Positions 56,001 through 64,000 of a DNA stretch of 64,000 bases are shown in pieces. A program made the position numbers and the translations under genes. Origin of the DNA: Paramoeba atlantica (Eukaryota; Protista; Discosea); contig CDRNVI010000039.1 of assembly GCA_977017575.1 (NCBI GenBank), forward strand, positions 496,001-560,000. The letters are read 5' to 3'. Under the pieces are notes generated by a model. That model saw only the letters and a list, made by a program, of their open reading frames with translations, was not told where the DNA came from and made no database searches. Position 1 is the stretch's first letter. Each line of letters starts with the position of its first letter.

Positions 56001-57246
56001 CTCCAGGCGTCACACTGGCTACTTCGTTATGACTTTCTCCATGGAGACCCTGCGCCTTTCTTTCCTCCATTTTCTTACCATTCGAACCCACACATCCTTT
56101 CTTCTCAGTCGCGAAGGACGCGGCGGCCACTGAGGAGAGAACTGCTGCTTGCAACAATGTGCCAAACTCCTGCGGGGAACTGTTGATCAAACACATGATA
56201 TTGTTTTGTACGTTGTAGGAGCCAAACCAAAAAAGTGCGTAGTAGTGATTCTCTTGATCCTTTTTTGAATGAGTCGCTGAGGTATGGCAATTTGTAGGAC
56301 CCTGATCGGTTTCTAACGAGTGCTGACGGATACCCACAATATAGTGTGCGTATCGCGTGTTGTGGTTACATCGAATACAGAGCGTCCCGTCACTTTTGAT
56401 GCCGATCACTTCAAAAGGAATCTGCACACATTTAGTGCTGCTATAGAAAGTTTTGAGCAAAGTGAAATACGAATCTCGCTCGCCTGGAAAAGGTAGTTCA
56501 GGTACATGCTGCACCAACGTGTTCCACGAGCAGTTCGAGAAAAAGTATTCAATAACATCTTTAGGCATCTCTTTGGACACAAAATCATCCTGGCCTTTGC
56601 AGAAATTTAAATCATTTTCCTCTGCAAGCCTCAGAACAGAAGTATATCTCAGATTTGGAAAGATCTTGAAGTGATTTTCCAGGAAAGTGAGGCATCTTTC
56701 TCGAATAAATCTATCCCCTGTGCACTGACTTACTCGTTGGACAATATGTCGAGCGCTGTACGGAAATCCTGAGTAATGCAAGCAGTAAACTATGTTAAAT
56801 AAAATTTCCTGTAAATTTGTAAGCTCATTACTTTTTTTTGAAGTGCGAAGAAATTGAAGAAAGGCAGAAAAACTGTGAAATCCGGCATTCCATATGTAGC
56901 TGGCTTGCTCTATTCCTGGCATCGCTTTAGCCCAATTTAACAGAAAGTCCTGAACAGTTTCAAAATCCATTAATTTGTATTGTAAAGCCGCATAAACACT
57001 CCTACCACTATCACAGTTAGTAGGTTGCAATAATATAGTGTCCCCAGGGAGGAATCCCGAAGCATTTTTTGGTGCAGTCACGGACACAATTTTTGTATCT
57101 TTAGTAGGCTCAACACATTCCTGGGACTTTAGGGCCGATAATGCCTCGTTAAATTCGCAGGTAGACACCTGGACTAAATAATTACATGCAGGCCATTTCG
57201 TATCTCCTGCGCATCCTTTAACTTGCAAGCTGGATGGTACACTCAT
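53035..57246 (-). CDS. Large protein with NF-X1-type zinc fingers, ZNFX1-like with degenerate helicase
   Basis: Cys-rich repeats HICTRLCRECNGLCATERCPYPCGRSFPSCNHVCFKSCGESCGKC follow a segment resembling SF1 helicase C-terminal motifs (QRMHATDAIVL). No GxxGxGKT visible. Confidence 0.45.
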   Translation of the reverse strand: MSVPSSLQVKGCAGDTKWPACNYLVQVSTCEFNEALSALKSQECVEPTKDTKIVSVTAPKNASGFLPGDTILLQPTNCDSGRSVYAALQYKLMDFETVQDFLLNWAKAMPGIEQASYIWNAGFHSFSAFLQFLRTSKKSNELTNLQEILFNIVYCLHYSGFPYSARHIVQRVSQCTGDRFIRERCLTFLENHFKIFPNLRYTSVLRLAEENDLNFCKGQDDFVSKEMPKDVIEYFFSNCSWNTLVQHVPELPFPGERDSYFTLLKTFYSSTKCVQIPFEVIGIKSDGTLCIRCNHNTRYAHYIVGIRQHSLETDQGPTNCHTSATHSKKDQENHYYALFWFGSYNVQNNIMCLINSSPQEFGTLLQAAVLSSVAAASFATEKKGCVGSNGKKMEERKAQGLHGESHNEVASVTPGVNSEGKCDKHLPGSDYELRCLLIEEEDVLAPVLRRHTWVVQENGSCANNERQSSDKDSDFQLDNADVMNKVDDHSASNDEDQHISQAGESNRCPNRRYNIRTVHDRWRAARRQLPLVAKKTSSSVKLISETKTLSCALKHSSELVQTMEQMDNLQHEMTFIRVVERAQDATQCDAEICDMAELRKDNVIPDPFTYDEEMFESFRLTSRHPYLDRYGHSLMKLRNEIGKSLWGSCIELTSQPSNDEFMFLINAIRCVIPKGQAIEHMGEVSEQALFSWLHATSDIDHACNYSELNVSPLFCIPPVPSSSTVLPPLPLFPSKSEKMEDKIAFFELCLAHYAHRLREWYEAVKKEQHSLHGVVEELGFKRLAASRIMKSPTIFEVPYVDLFMSHSLSMSRVLRPCLVMVNLTYSPLSVSSLEPLFRPKQIRNQKLESSGCDLVFKSSLTTKVSEQKYSESSSDFRKGSVDHQIDIAPSISRFLRSFEVWFSSDVDLNMKYENNDIRARPPAQIASIEPTAIPSSLGNILIWTCAASDDTVSWKMASQLSVYLAKCEAFETVALIGQKFVAQSLESEIQSPKIAIRNFFQQRMHATDAIVLHVEDSASHHTIQWISILFRTARKAAFVVCSKRWQRAHLCPSRFPPSKSRGTVPDSETALARAKHWISTYVSPALYLRCIRHPKQSFFPVFLDATEELASPLHKDTRHSRDYLIVEFPERVTFCNRMCGRSYSCEGYGNSGSHGESSLKEMSHICTRLCRECNGLCATERCPYPCGRSFPSCNHVCFKSCGESCGKCEVPVLLSMGCEGDHVLTGYNILEKEFTYESVPHYKQLRCGESLGVHNLCCSEKSERTCQTCGSVWQDAECQRGQFSRCPNCKEQNSEIVLLLSERNSLSKLRRALRLELKLDGNAFLEFVTTRKNFMLGCHSKLVMEYALEKEKFLILNQAMRQTVQEVETKSERNSVLKMQLTSSYLNGAYNEKCSFLEQMNVV

Positions 57247-57680
57247 TTTTTCTACGATGCTTCCTTTACAATGACCAATTAGTGGGCAAACAAGCAGCAT
57301 GACCAGAAAAAAGAGTGGAAGAACGTTTTTTGAAAATACATGTATATGCAGTTATTTGTACATGTATGTCATTTTCAATGATGCTTTCAATTATCTTTTT
57401 ATTCCTTCCGGCGCAGATTATCTCTCCGCTAGGTAACCACCCTTGTATATGTAGCTTTCGATCCATACTTTCTTTTTTCAAACCCTGAGCTTATATTTTC
57501 AATACATGCTTTTACAGCATGTAGAAATAAGTCTTAAAATAAAAGAATAAACGCTGCGCTCAATACTCATCCCGCATGCGAATTCAATAGTGTTAAAAGG
57601 ACAGTGCTTTTCTGTTCGAGTAAAGTTTGTATGATGCCCTATGTATTAACAATGATAAGAATTCCACATCAGTAAATTGC

Positions 57681-58481
57681 TTATTGCTCAATTGTCACAC
57701 AATGGGGGAGAGGCGAAGAATATTTCAGCACTCGGTCGTTGTTTTGAATGTTAATGACAAGTAAAGATTCTGGCAATAGATCGAAACGCACTGCTACAAA
57801 ACGGTTTCCCCCAATATAAACCGCTTTTAAGCCTTTAGGCAAGTTCTTGAAGACGAGTTCGCCCTCTAATTCATTATCGGACAAGTACAACGTTTTTAAG
57901 TGAAGTGGAAGGTGCGTCAAATCGATAACTCCGGTAAAGCAGTTCTCGTGCAAATAAAGCCTTTTTAAGGAATCTGGCAGAAGAGACAAATTTAATTCTC
58001 CTGAAAACTCGTTTTTCCTGAACGAAATTCTGCTAAGGTGTTTCGGAAGCCCTGTAAGATCAAGCGACCCATTAAAATGAGTCTCAGAAGACCAAATCTC
58101 ACTCAAAGCGGATGGAAGAGAAGTTGCATCAAATTCGCCTCTAAACTTGTTGTATTCAAATTCTATACGAAAGAGATCAGAAGGGAAAAGCGACATCGGA
58201 ACTTCTCCAAAAAGACGGTTATGACCAACCTCGAGTACGAACAAGGTGCGTGGTAAGAAGCTCCAAGTAAGATTTCCTTCTAGATCTTGCATCGTCCAAG
58301 TGATTTTCTCTACTTGCTGTTCACTGTTGCATGACACACCGAGCCAGTTGCACGCGGAACTCTCGTTGAACTTATCACCTCGTCCTGCACGGACGTTCGT
58401 CACAAGACCGCGCATTTCCATGTCCTGGGAAAGTACGGCCCCTCGAACTTTTCCACGACGTGAAGCCGTGGCAGTAGGCAT
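57681..58481 (-). CDS. Leucine-rich repeat protein
   Basis: ACNWLGVSC cap, then repeats L..LP..L..L.L..N.F.G.L. Confidence 0.9.
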   Translation of the reverse strand: MPTATASRRGKVRGAVLSQDMEMRGLVTNVRAGRGDKFNESSACNWLGVSCNSEQQVEKITWTMQDLEGNLTWSFLPRTLFVLEVGHNRLFGEVPMSLFPSDLFRIEFEYNKFRGEFDATSLPSALSEIWSSETHFNGSLDLTGLPKHLSRISFRKNEFSGELNLSLLPDSLKRLYLHENCFTGVIDLTHLPLHLKTLYLSDNELEGELVFKNLPKGLKAVYIGGNRFVAVRFDLLPESLLVINIQNNDRVLKYSSPLPHCVTIEQ

Positions 58482-58729
58482 GCGATCCTCTGCAAAAATA
58501 ACAAGCGAGATGGTGAAGGATATAATATTCATCGTGGTACAAAAAAGGAGAGAGAGGAGAGAGGAAATTAAATTTTGATGGTAAAGAGACTTTGATTTTA
58601 GGGTTTGAGCACTGTATGCCGAATCAGTTTCATGTTATACGAGATCAATCCGATCTCGGATTTGAATAGGAAAAAAAGAAAAAAAAATAAGTGGACACAA
58701 AAAAAGTATGTCATACATTTTTCATACTA

Positions 58730-59726
58730 CTGTCACCCCCCTTTTATACTTCCGCCGGTTTCGGTACTTTTGGAAGTATAAAGCGGGGGGTCTGACTTTC
58801 GGAAGCATAAAGGGGGGGGTCTGATTTTTTGAAAAATCCGCGGAACAAATCTTTTTGAAAAAGGGTCAAAAAAAATAGGCCGCTTCGCGGCGCTGGTTTC
58901 CTATTATTCTAGCTAAAAATCAATCATCTAATCTCTAAACGCGCAGGGCATAATGTTTGCTTTCGTGTTCCTCTTGCACACAATCAACATACGCTGCATA
59001 CTACGCTGTAATGAATACGTGTCGGTACGATCTACCATTAGAAGCTTCATGTGACAGTCTTTGAAACGATGTACATTCGCCTTTGCTGCAGCAGGCGCAT
59101 GTCCGCGCTGGCTGTCATCCCTCCCAGTTCGCCAAGGAGTAGTTCGTTAAGTTTTTTGTATCTCGACATGTTTGTCTTTGTGCAAACCCCATCGCGCTTG
59201 CGACCACGATAGATTTATTTTTTTCTGGAAAAATCCGACACCATTTTTCCGAATGGAGCGGATGGTTCGAGATCAGACGCCGTACTTCTCGTTGATTTGT
59301 TGAGCACTGTTACTCGAATGACATACTCGAATGTACATTCAACTTCTCCTACATGTATATTGTTGAGTTCTTTCCTCCCTGAGGTGAACCGACGGACACT
59401 GGTAACGTCGCAGGCTCCGCGCTTGAAACTATTATTTCTTTGGGAGGTCCAACGCGATGAAGAGGGGGATAATGCTTAACCCACTGTGAGTAATGGCATG
59501 GGAAAGATACGGCAAATAATTTACATGTATATCTAGCAATATCTCTACACACATCTCTTTTAATAAAAAAAATGTAGGAATTTGTTCAAAAAAAAAAATA
59601 GCGCCGCCTCGCGGCGCTATTTTTTTTGGACTGGAAGTATAAATGGGGGTCTAGATTTTTCGTCTGGATGAAAACGGAAGTATAAAGAGGGGGGTGACCC
59701 CCCTGAAGTATAAAGGGGGGTGACAG
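58730..59726 (-). mobile_element. pogo/Tigger-like non-autonomous element, copy 2 (997 bp), TA TSD
   Basis: Same termini (TA-CTGTCACCCCCC...GGGGGGTGACAG-TA) and near-identical interior to 44513-45223, with extra segments at about 58877-59110 and 59575-59625. Confidence 0.88.
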
Positions 59727-59862
59727 TATTCTTTTTCATACTATGACGACAGTCATACCTGCAGATTGTAAATTCACACTAAATTGATACGAGAATGTGA
59801 GTAGATAAAATAAAATACGAGAAACCTCTAGAGAAATTCATCCCATTTTAGAAAAATCCATT

Positions 59863-60942
59863 TTAGAGAAATTCATCCCATGGAGTCGCTGGCTGAGCAA
59901 CGTCGGAACAAGGTGTAGAAACATTTTTTTTGTCTATCTCAGAGCAATTTGAGAAGCTTTTAACGGGTGACAGAGTACTCCGACTTTTCAAAAAGGTCGA
60001 TAAAGAGTGGTTTTCTTCTGTCGCGTACCCTGATATGCTTAAATTCGCGTAACCCGTATCGCCAGTCACATGAATATCCCTGTGATAGACAGGAGAAAAA
60101 GCGCTAGAGAGCGCACCTAAACCATTGGCTCGAGAATATGACATAGAAGGTTCTTTGTATTTGAGGCCAGACAAATAAGCCTCAAAGTCACTCTCTTCCC
60201 CCTTTTCGTGACCATGTACTACAGATGGATGGTGAGACGCATCGCTCGCATAGATTTCGACTGCTTCTGTATCAGTGGAATTTCTTTCGAAATTGTAGGA
60301 CTCAGAAGCCACAGTATTGCCGGTATTAGAATTGTTTAAGTGTTTTGATAGTGGTATAACCTTTTTTAGGCAGCGTAACGTAATTATTAGAAGGGGAAGT
60401 ACTGGCGACTTAGGGGAATTTTCGCTAATTTCGATATTCGGTACCCACAAGATAGAAGGACAACTTAAAAGAATTGCGGTACCTACCACTCGCAGTGCGG
60501 GATAAGTTGCTAAGCAAGAGGTGTGTACACATGCCGCAACGCGGCAATGACTTGGGTCCCTTAGAGAAACATAAATGTTCCAGGGATCTCGTTCCCCCCA
60601 TACCTCCTCAATGATGCCGCCGACTAATTCCACCTTGTGATAGTTCTCGCGGTTTTCGGATTGTACTTCCAAAGAGGGATAATTTGTACATCGATTGACA
60701 TTTTCTTTGTACATGCCTCGGGAAAAAATATCGGACAATGGGACGAGCCCAAGATTTTCCTCAGCGGAACATGATTTTGAATGTAAAACTGTGGGTTTTA
60801 GCACGCGACAAGTTCTTTCTTCTGTGTCTGGATCAATGAGAGAGGATGTTGGCTTATCACATGATTTATTTGTGGATTGCATATCTCTTACACTTTTTAT
60901 CAGTTCGCTCCAAGTTTCACATGGGAACTTAATCGCATTCAT
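59863..60942 (-). CDS. HROB/MCM8IP (DUF4539) OB-fold protein-like
   Basis: KVELVGGIIEEV..IYVSLRDPSHCRVAACVH..YPALRVVGTAILL..LLIITLRCLKKVIP resembles the HROB OB-fold. Likely ATG at 60942. Confidence 0.55.
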   Translation of the reverse strand: MNAIKFPCETWSELIKSVRDMQSTNKSCDKPTSSLIDPDTEERTCRVLKPTVLHSKSCSAEENLGLVPLSDIFSRGMYKENVNRCTNYPSLEVQSENRENYHKVELVGGIIEEVWGERDPWNIYVSLRDPSHCRVAACVHTSCLATYPALRVVGTAILLSCPSILWVPNIEISENSPKSPVLPLLIITLRCLKKVIPLSKHLNNSNTGNTVASESYNFERNSTDTEAVEIYASDASHHPSVVHGHEKGEESDFEAYLSGLKYKEPSMSYSRANGLGALSSAFSPVYHRDIHVTGDTGYANLSISGYATEENHSLSTFLKSRSTLSPVKSFSNCSEIDKKNVSTPCSDVAQPATPWDEFL

Positions 60943-61123
60943 TATTCGATCAGACACAAGTCGGAGCTGTACATCTACTATTGCTAAGTTCAATATTGCT
61001 AAAGCATAGAAGAATATCACGTGCCTTGAAATAGATGTTAGAAACATGCAAAGATTTATAAATGGATCAAATATTGTGGTTCTCAAGCCCCCCCGCGACA
61101 AGGTAAGCCAACGTTCAGAAGAT

Positions 61124-61211
61124 TACAGAAGGATCATTAAACTTTAATGATCCTTTTGTAGTGCAACAAGCCACTCATGTCTCCTTGATCAAGAGACTTG
61201 AGTGGCTTGTT
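61124..61211. repeat. Two adjacent long inverted repeats
   Basis: 61124-61160: 18-bp arms, one G-T, 1-nt spacer. 61165-61211: 13-bp perfect outer arms plus an inner GTCTC/GAGAC stem. Confidence 0.85.
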
Positions 61212-61250
61212 CTCCGGCAGCATCGGGACTCTATACACATCATTTCATAG

Positions 61251-61601
61251 TTATTTCTTAGTGAAAGAGCTCTCGACGGCTAGGCGCGAGGGGTTGAGCT
61301 CATCCTTCATTGCGACTGAAAACTCCCCAGGGGTGGGTACTCGTAACATGTTGTGCAAACTGTAGGTATCTCGCATTTCACGGTCCGAGGCGGTTCGCTT
61401 CATTACTTCCTCTGGCATCTCCTTCTCGTACTGCAGGTATCGATGCTCCAACCACTTCGGAGAAGAGCGGGTGGTACCAAGCTTTACACCTTGGTAGTAC
61501 ACCACAAGAGAAATGGCACAGGCCCAAAATAGGCGCACCTTCATACGTGTGGGCATCCGGTTATAGCGCTGTACGGTGGGGTATTGTCCAATCTGAGTCA
61601 T
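61251..61601 (-). CDS. Small single-pass membrane protein (possibly mitochondrial)
   Basis: 116 aa with ATG and one TM segment, LFWACAISLVVYYQG. Confidence 0.6.
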   Translation of the reverse strand: MTQIGQYPTVQRYNRMPTRMKVRLFWACAISLVVYYQGVKLGTTRSSPKWLEHRYLQYEKEMPEEVMKRTASDREMRDTYSLHNMLRVPTPGEFSVAMKDELNPSRLAVESSFTKK

Positions 61602-62151
61602 GGATTCGTATTTGAAAAAGATGATTTAGAAAGGAATGCTCTTCTAGTTTTCCGCAGTCTTAGATTATATTCAAATTTAATCAGTTCTGATCAGTTTTGG
61701 TGAGTACATTATTTAGTAGATTCGTATTTTTTCGTATTATATTCTAGGTCGCGTACAGTTTACGTATTAGTAGATTTGTAAGAATATGTGCTCAAAAACT
61801 AAACTCATGTCGTGTTCCAAGCGCAGCTATTGCTTTCTGAAAAACATTGAATGCAATAGAAGGCCGTATGTAATTTAACAAGATGTTCTAGGAGTAATGA
61901 GTACGATATAGCGTCAAACCCACTTCTTAATAAACGCACAAAATAGAAAGCAAAACAAAATTTCCGCGCACTAATCATTTACCATTCCTCATACAGAAGG
62001 TAAGCAAAAGTGACGGATAAATAACCTCTAGTTTTAATTAACGTTTCTTTACAGCAATAACTGTTCTACTCTAGTCTAAAAAAAGAACACCTTTAGCTTT
62101 TCTACAGCCCTCAACCCAAGTCCTCACCTCCATAGGCTCATAGTAAACTGT

Positions 62152-62766
62152 CTAGCAAACGGGCATGTGACCTAATTTTTGCAGTGTCACAAGATGGAGC
62201 ATGTCACGCCGCTCGCATTCCATCGGGTCACATGAATACGTCGTCGCCTGACTCCCCTCTAGGAAGATACGCATCACGCTTAGGTGCCGTATCACAGAGG
62301 AGTACTCCTCCTCCGAGGCAGCCTGACGGGCTTGTAGAAGAATCCTTTTCCATTTGTGGTTTAGATTCTGTAATTTCCGTTGTATGCTCTCGTAGCGGTG
62401 CTCCACGGAGTCCTCCGTGGGTTCGGGACCGAACTGCGCACTCATGTCATCCATTAACTGCCCCTCCCGTCCGGAATACTGCAGCAGCAGGGAGGGGACC
62501 AGTGTCGTGACCTCGTGCTCGGGATAGCCCCGACGAAGGAGATTCTCCAGTCGCCCCTGGACATCTAACATGCGGTGAAGGGGGAGGGAGCAGCACGCAC
62601 ACGTCTTTCGCACCTCCGCACACGACGGCTCGCTGGTCTGCGCCTTTAACAGCATTTTGCAGTACTGCTGCTGGTGCTGTAGGTGAAGAAATTCCTGCCG
62701 TCGTGCCTCACTCACCAGAATCACGGCCCTGGCGACGTTGTTGAGCTCTGGCTGAAGTGTTCTCAT
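62152..62766 (-). CDS. Hypothetical protein with euglenozoan-type small helical domain
   Basis: RLENLLRRGYPE...LLLQYSGREGQLMDDMSAQFGPEP resembles the RL..FY..Y.P...LL..Y.GRE..L...L..KYGPEP module common in kinetoplastids. Confidence 0.6.
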   Translation of the reverse strand: MRTLQPELNNVARAVILVSEARRQEFLHLQHQQQYCKMLLKAQTSEPSCAEVRKTCACCSLPLHRMLDVQGRLENLLRRGYPEHEVTTLVPSLLLQYSGREGQLMDDMSAQFGPEPTEDSVEHRYESIQRKLQNLNHKWKRILLQARQAASEEEYSSVIRHLSVMRIFLEGSQATTYSCDPMECERRDMLHLVTLQKLGHMPVC

Positions 62767-62918
62767 GAGGGAACAGGGAAGGGAAAGAGTGTTCTATGGA
62801 TTGTAGTGTAGTTGGATCGGGGTACTCGTTTTTGCTTTTGAGCTCTCGCTGTACTAAAACCAGATAAGAGGAATAGGTTTACCATATAGAATGTCTGGGA
62901 TTTCTCGTAGTAATGCTC

Positions 62919-63105
62919 CATGAGTCATACTGCATGACGTAATTCATGCGGAATACTGTATTCCGTATGCAACGTTGCTGCATGGAACCCAAGGATTACC
63001 GCATCTTAAATTTAAGATAAGATTAAATACAACAAAACGATGAAACATTTTTTTCAAAACTGCCTATGTAATACATAGGCAGTTTAACATACATTGTATG
63101 TTAAA
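62919..63105. repeat. Array of near-perfect palindromes
   Basis: 62949-62965, 62969-62978, 63003-63018, 63057-63085 and 63083-63105, all checked by hand. Confidence 0.85.
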
Positions 63106-63239
63106 GAGGGAAATTAAAAAGGAGGTTTTGGATGAGTCTCTTGCTATTCACGTAATACATGATTGTTCTAGGCATGCAATATGCACTATGCTGTCACAAT
63201 TTTCATCGTGAATACTGCAAACTCTCCAGCCGTGTTTTT

Positions 63240-64000
63240 CTATACTTGTGTAGCTTCTATTAGCTTGTTATTAAAGGTCTCACGTTTCTCTTGAGCCAAC
63301 AATCTTCTTTCCTCAGCTAGACGGGCTAAAGTTTTCTTACCCAGTTTTTTCATGGAAGAACGTTCACTCAACGGCAACCAGCGATCGGGATCTAGCGGTA
63401 AATTTGTGCTTGTGTCAACTTTGTGGGCACGTGTTCGCTTTCTGCGCTTTTTAAGCATTTTATTTCTTAGGAAAGGTGATGCTGGTGCGCTGTGAGACTC
63501 TGTGGTGTAGTGTTTTACTCGGGGAAGGTCCTCTGTCTCGAGTGTCGATAATTCTGGTCGATCAGTTTCTTCGTCAGTAGACGTCAAACGCTCCGCGAAT
63601 AGTATAGCCTCGTCTGGATTGATTTCACTTAGTAGAAGAACAAGTTTCGCTAGAACCTCTTTGCTGGGAGAAATTTCAACAAGCTTTTTAAGAACTTTGA
63701 CCCCTTCATCAAGTTTCTTCGCAGAACTATACAATACGGCAAGTTCCTTCAAGAGAGCAAAGTAGGCACTACTTCCTTTTTTGTTCTCCCAGTATTTAAC
63801 ACCTTGCTCTAGTACATTGGCTGCTTTTGAAATCTGGTTACTTTTCTGTGCCATACGAGAAACTGTAAGAAGCAACGGTACGGAAAATCGTTTATTTTCA
63901 GGTAGATGACAGAGAACCAATTCCACAAGCTCAATTTTACCATGCAAGTCCCACAAACGTTGAGCGAGAAAAAGAATAAAGGTAAATTGATCCGAGCTAA
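63240..64000 (-). CDS. SRP72: Signal recognition particle subunit SRP72, 5' part outside the window
   Basis: TPR-like helices, then KKRRKR...LDPDRWLPLSERS (SRP72 RNA-binding motif). The frame stays open to the right edge. Confidence 0.85.
   Translation of the reverse strand, partial: SSDQFTFILFLAQRLWDLHGKIELVELVLCHLPENKRFSVPLLLTVSRMAQKSNQISKAANVLEQGVKYWENKKGSSAYFALLKELAVLYSSAKKLDEGVKVLKKLVEISPSKEVLAKLVLLLSEINPDEAILFAERLTSTDEETDRPELSTLETEDLPRVKHYTTESHSAPASPFLRNKMLKKRRKRTRAHKVDTSTNLPLDPDRWLPLSERSSMKKLGKKTLARLAEERRLLAQEKRETFNNKLIEATQV

Overview
Eukaryotic, intron-less, gene-dense DNA. About 30 resident genes all lie head-to-tail on the minus strand, many preceded by pyrimidine tracts. This is the layout of a kinetoplastid directional gene cluster with SL trans-splicing. 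A BILBO1-like protein, a FIP1 with a CCCH finger, a euglenozoan-type 'YSGRE..FGPEP' domain, a 'CNWLGVSC..LP..L' LRR family and a Merlin transposon point to a kinetoplastid, most consistent with a Perkinsela-like lineage; this is inferred, not proven. Housekeeping genes: Rieske protein (missed by the ORF track), RPF2, FIP1, GT25, prolyl hydroxylase, thioredoxin-like, COQ3, TFIIIC tau95, DDX47/RRP3, RPT1, PIG-U-like, gamma-SNAP, ZIP transporter, LSM14/SCD6, TEL2 (frameshifted), RBBP4-like, NIF phosphatase, HROB-like and SRP72. The accessory content is rich. Six DNA transposon copies have readable TIRs and TSDs (7,860 bp, about 12% of the window): a hAT-like element with a 6-bp TSD, a Merlin with an 8-bp TSD, and four TA-flanked Tc1/mariner-type non-autonomous copies from three families. 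Other unexplained structure: a roughly 800-bp GC-rich multi-hairpin region whose last hairpin was split by the Merlin; two sharp G/C-skew islands inside housekeeping ORFs; intergenic arrays of near-perfect palindromes; and an unclassified plus-strand insert encoding a zinc-finger protein. No tRNA, rRNA, SL RNA or CRISPR array was recognised.
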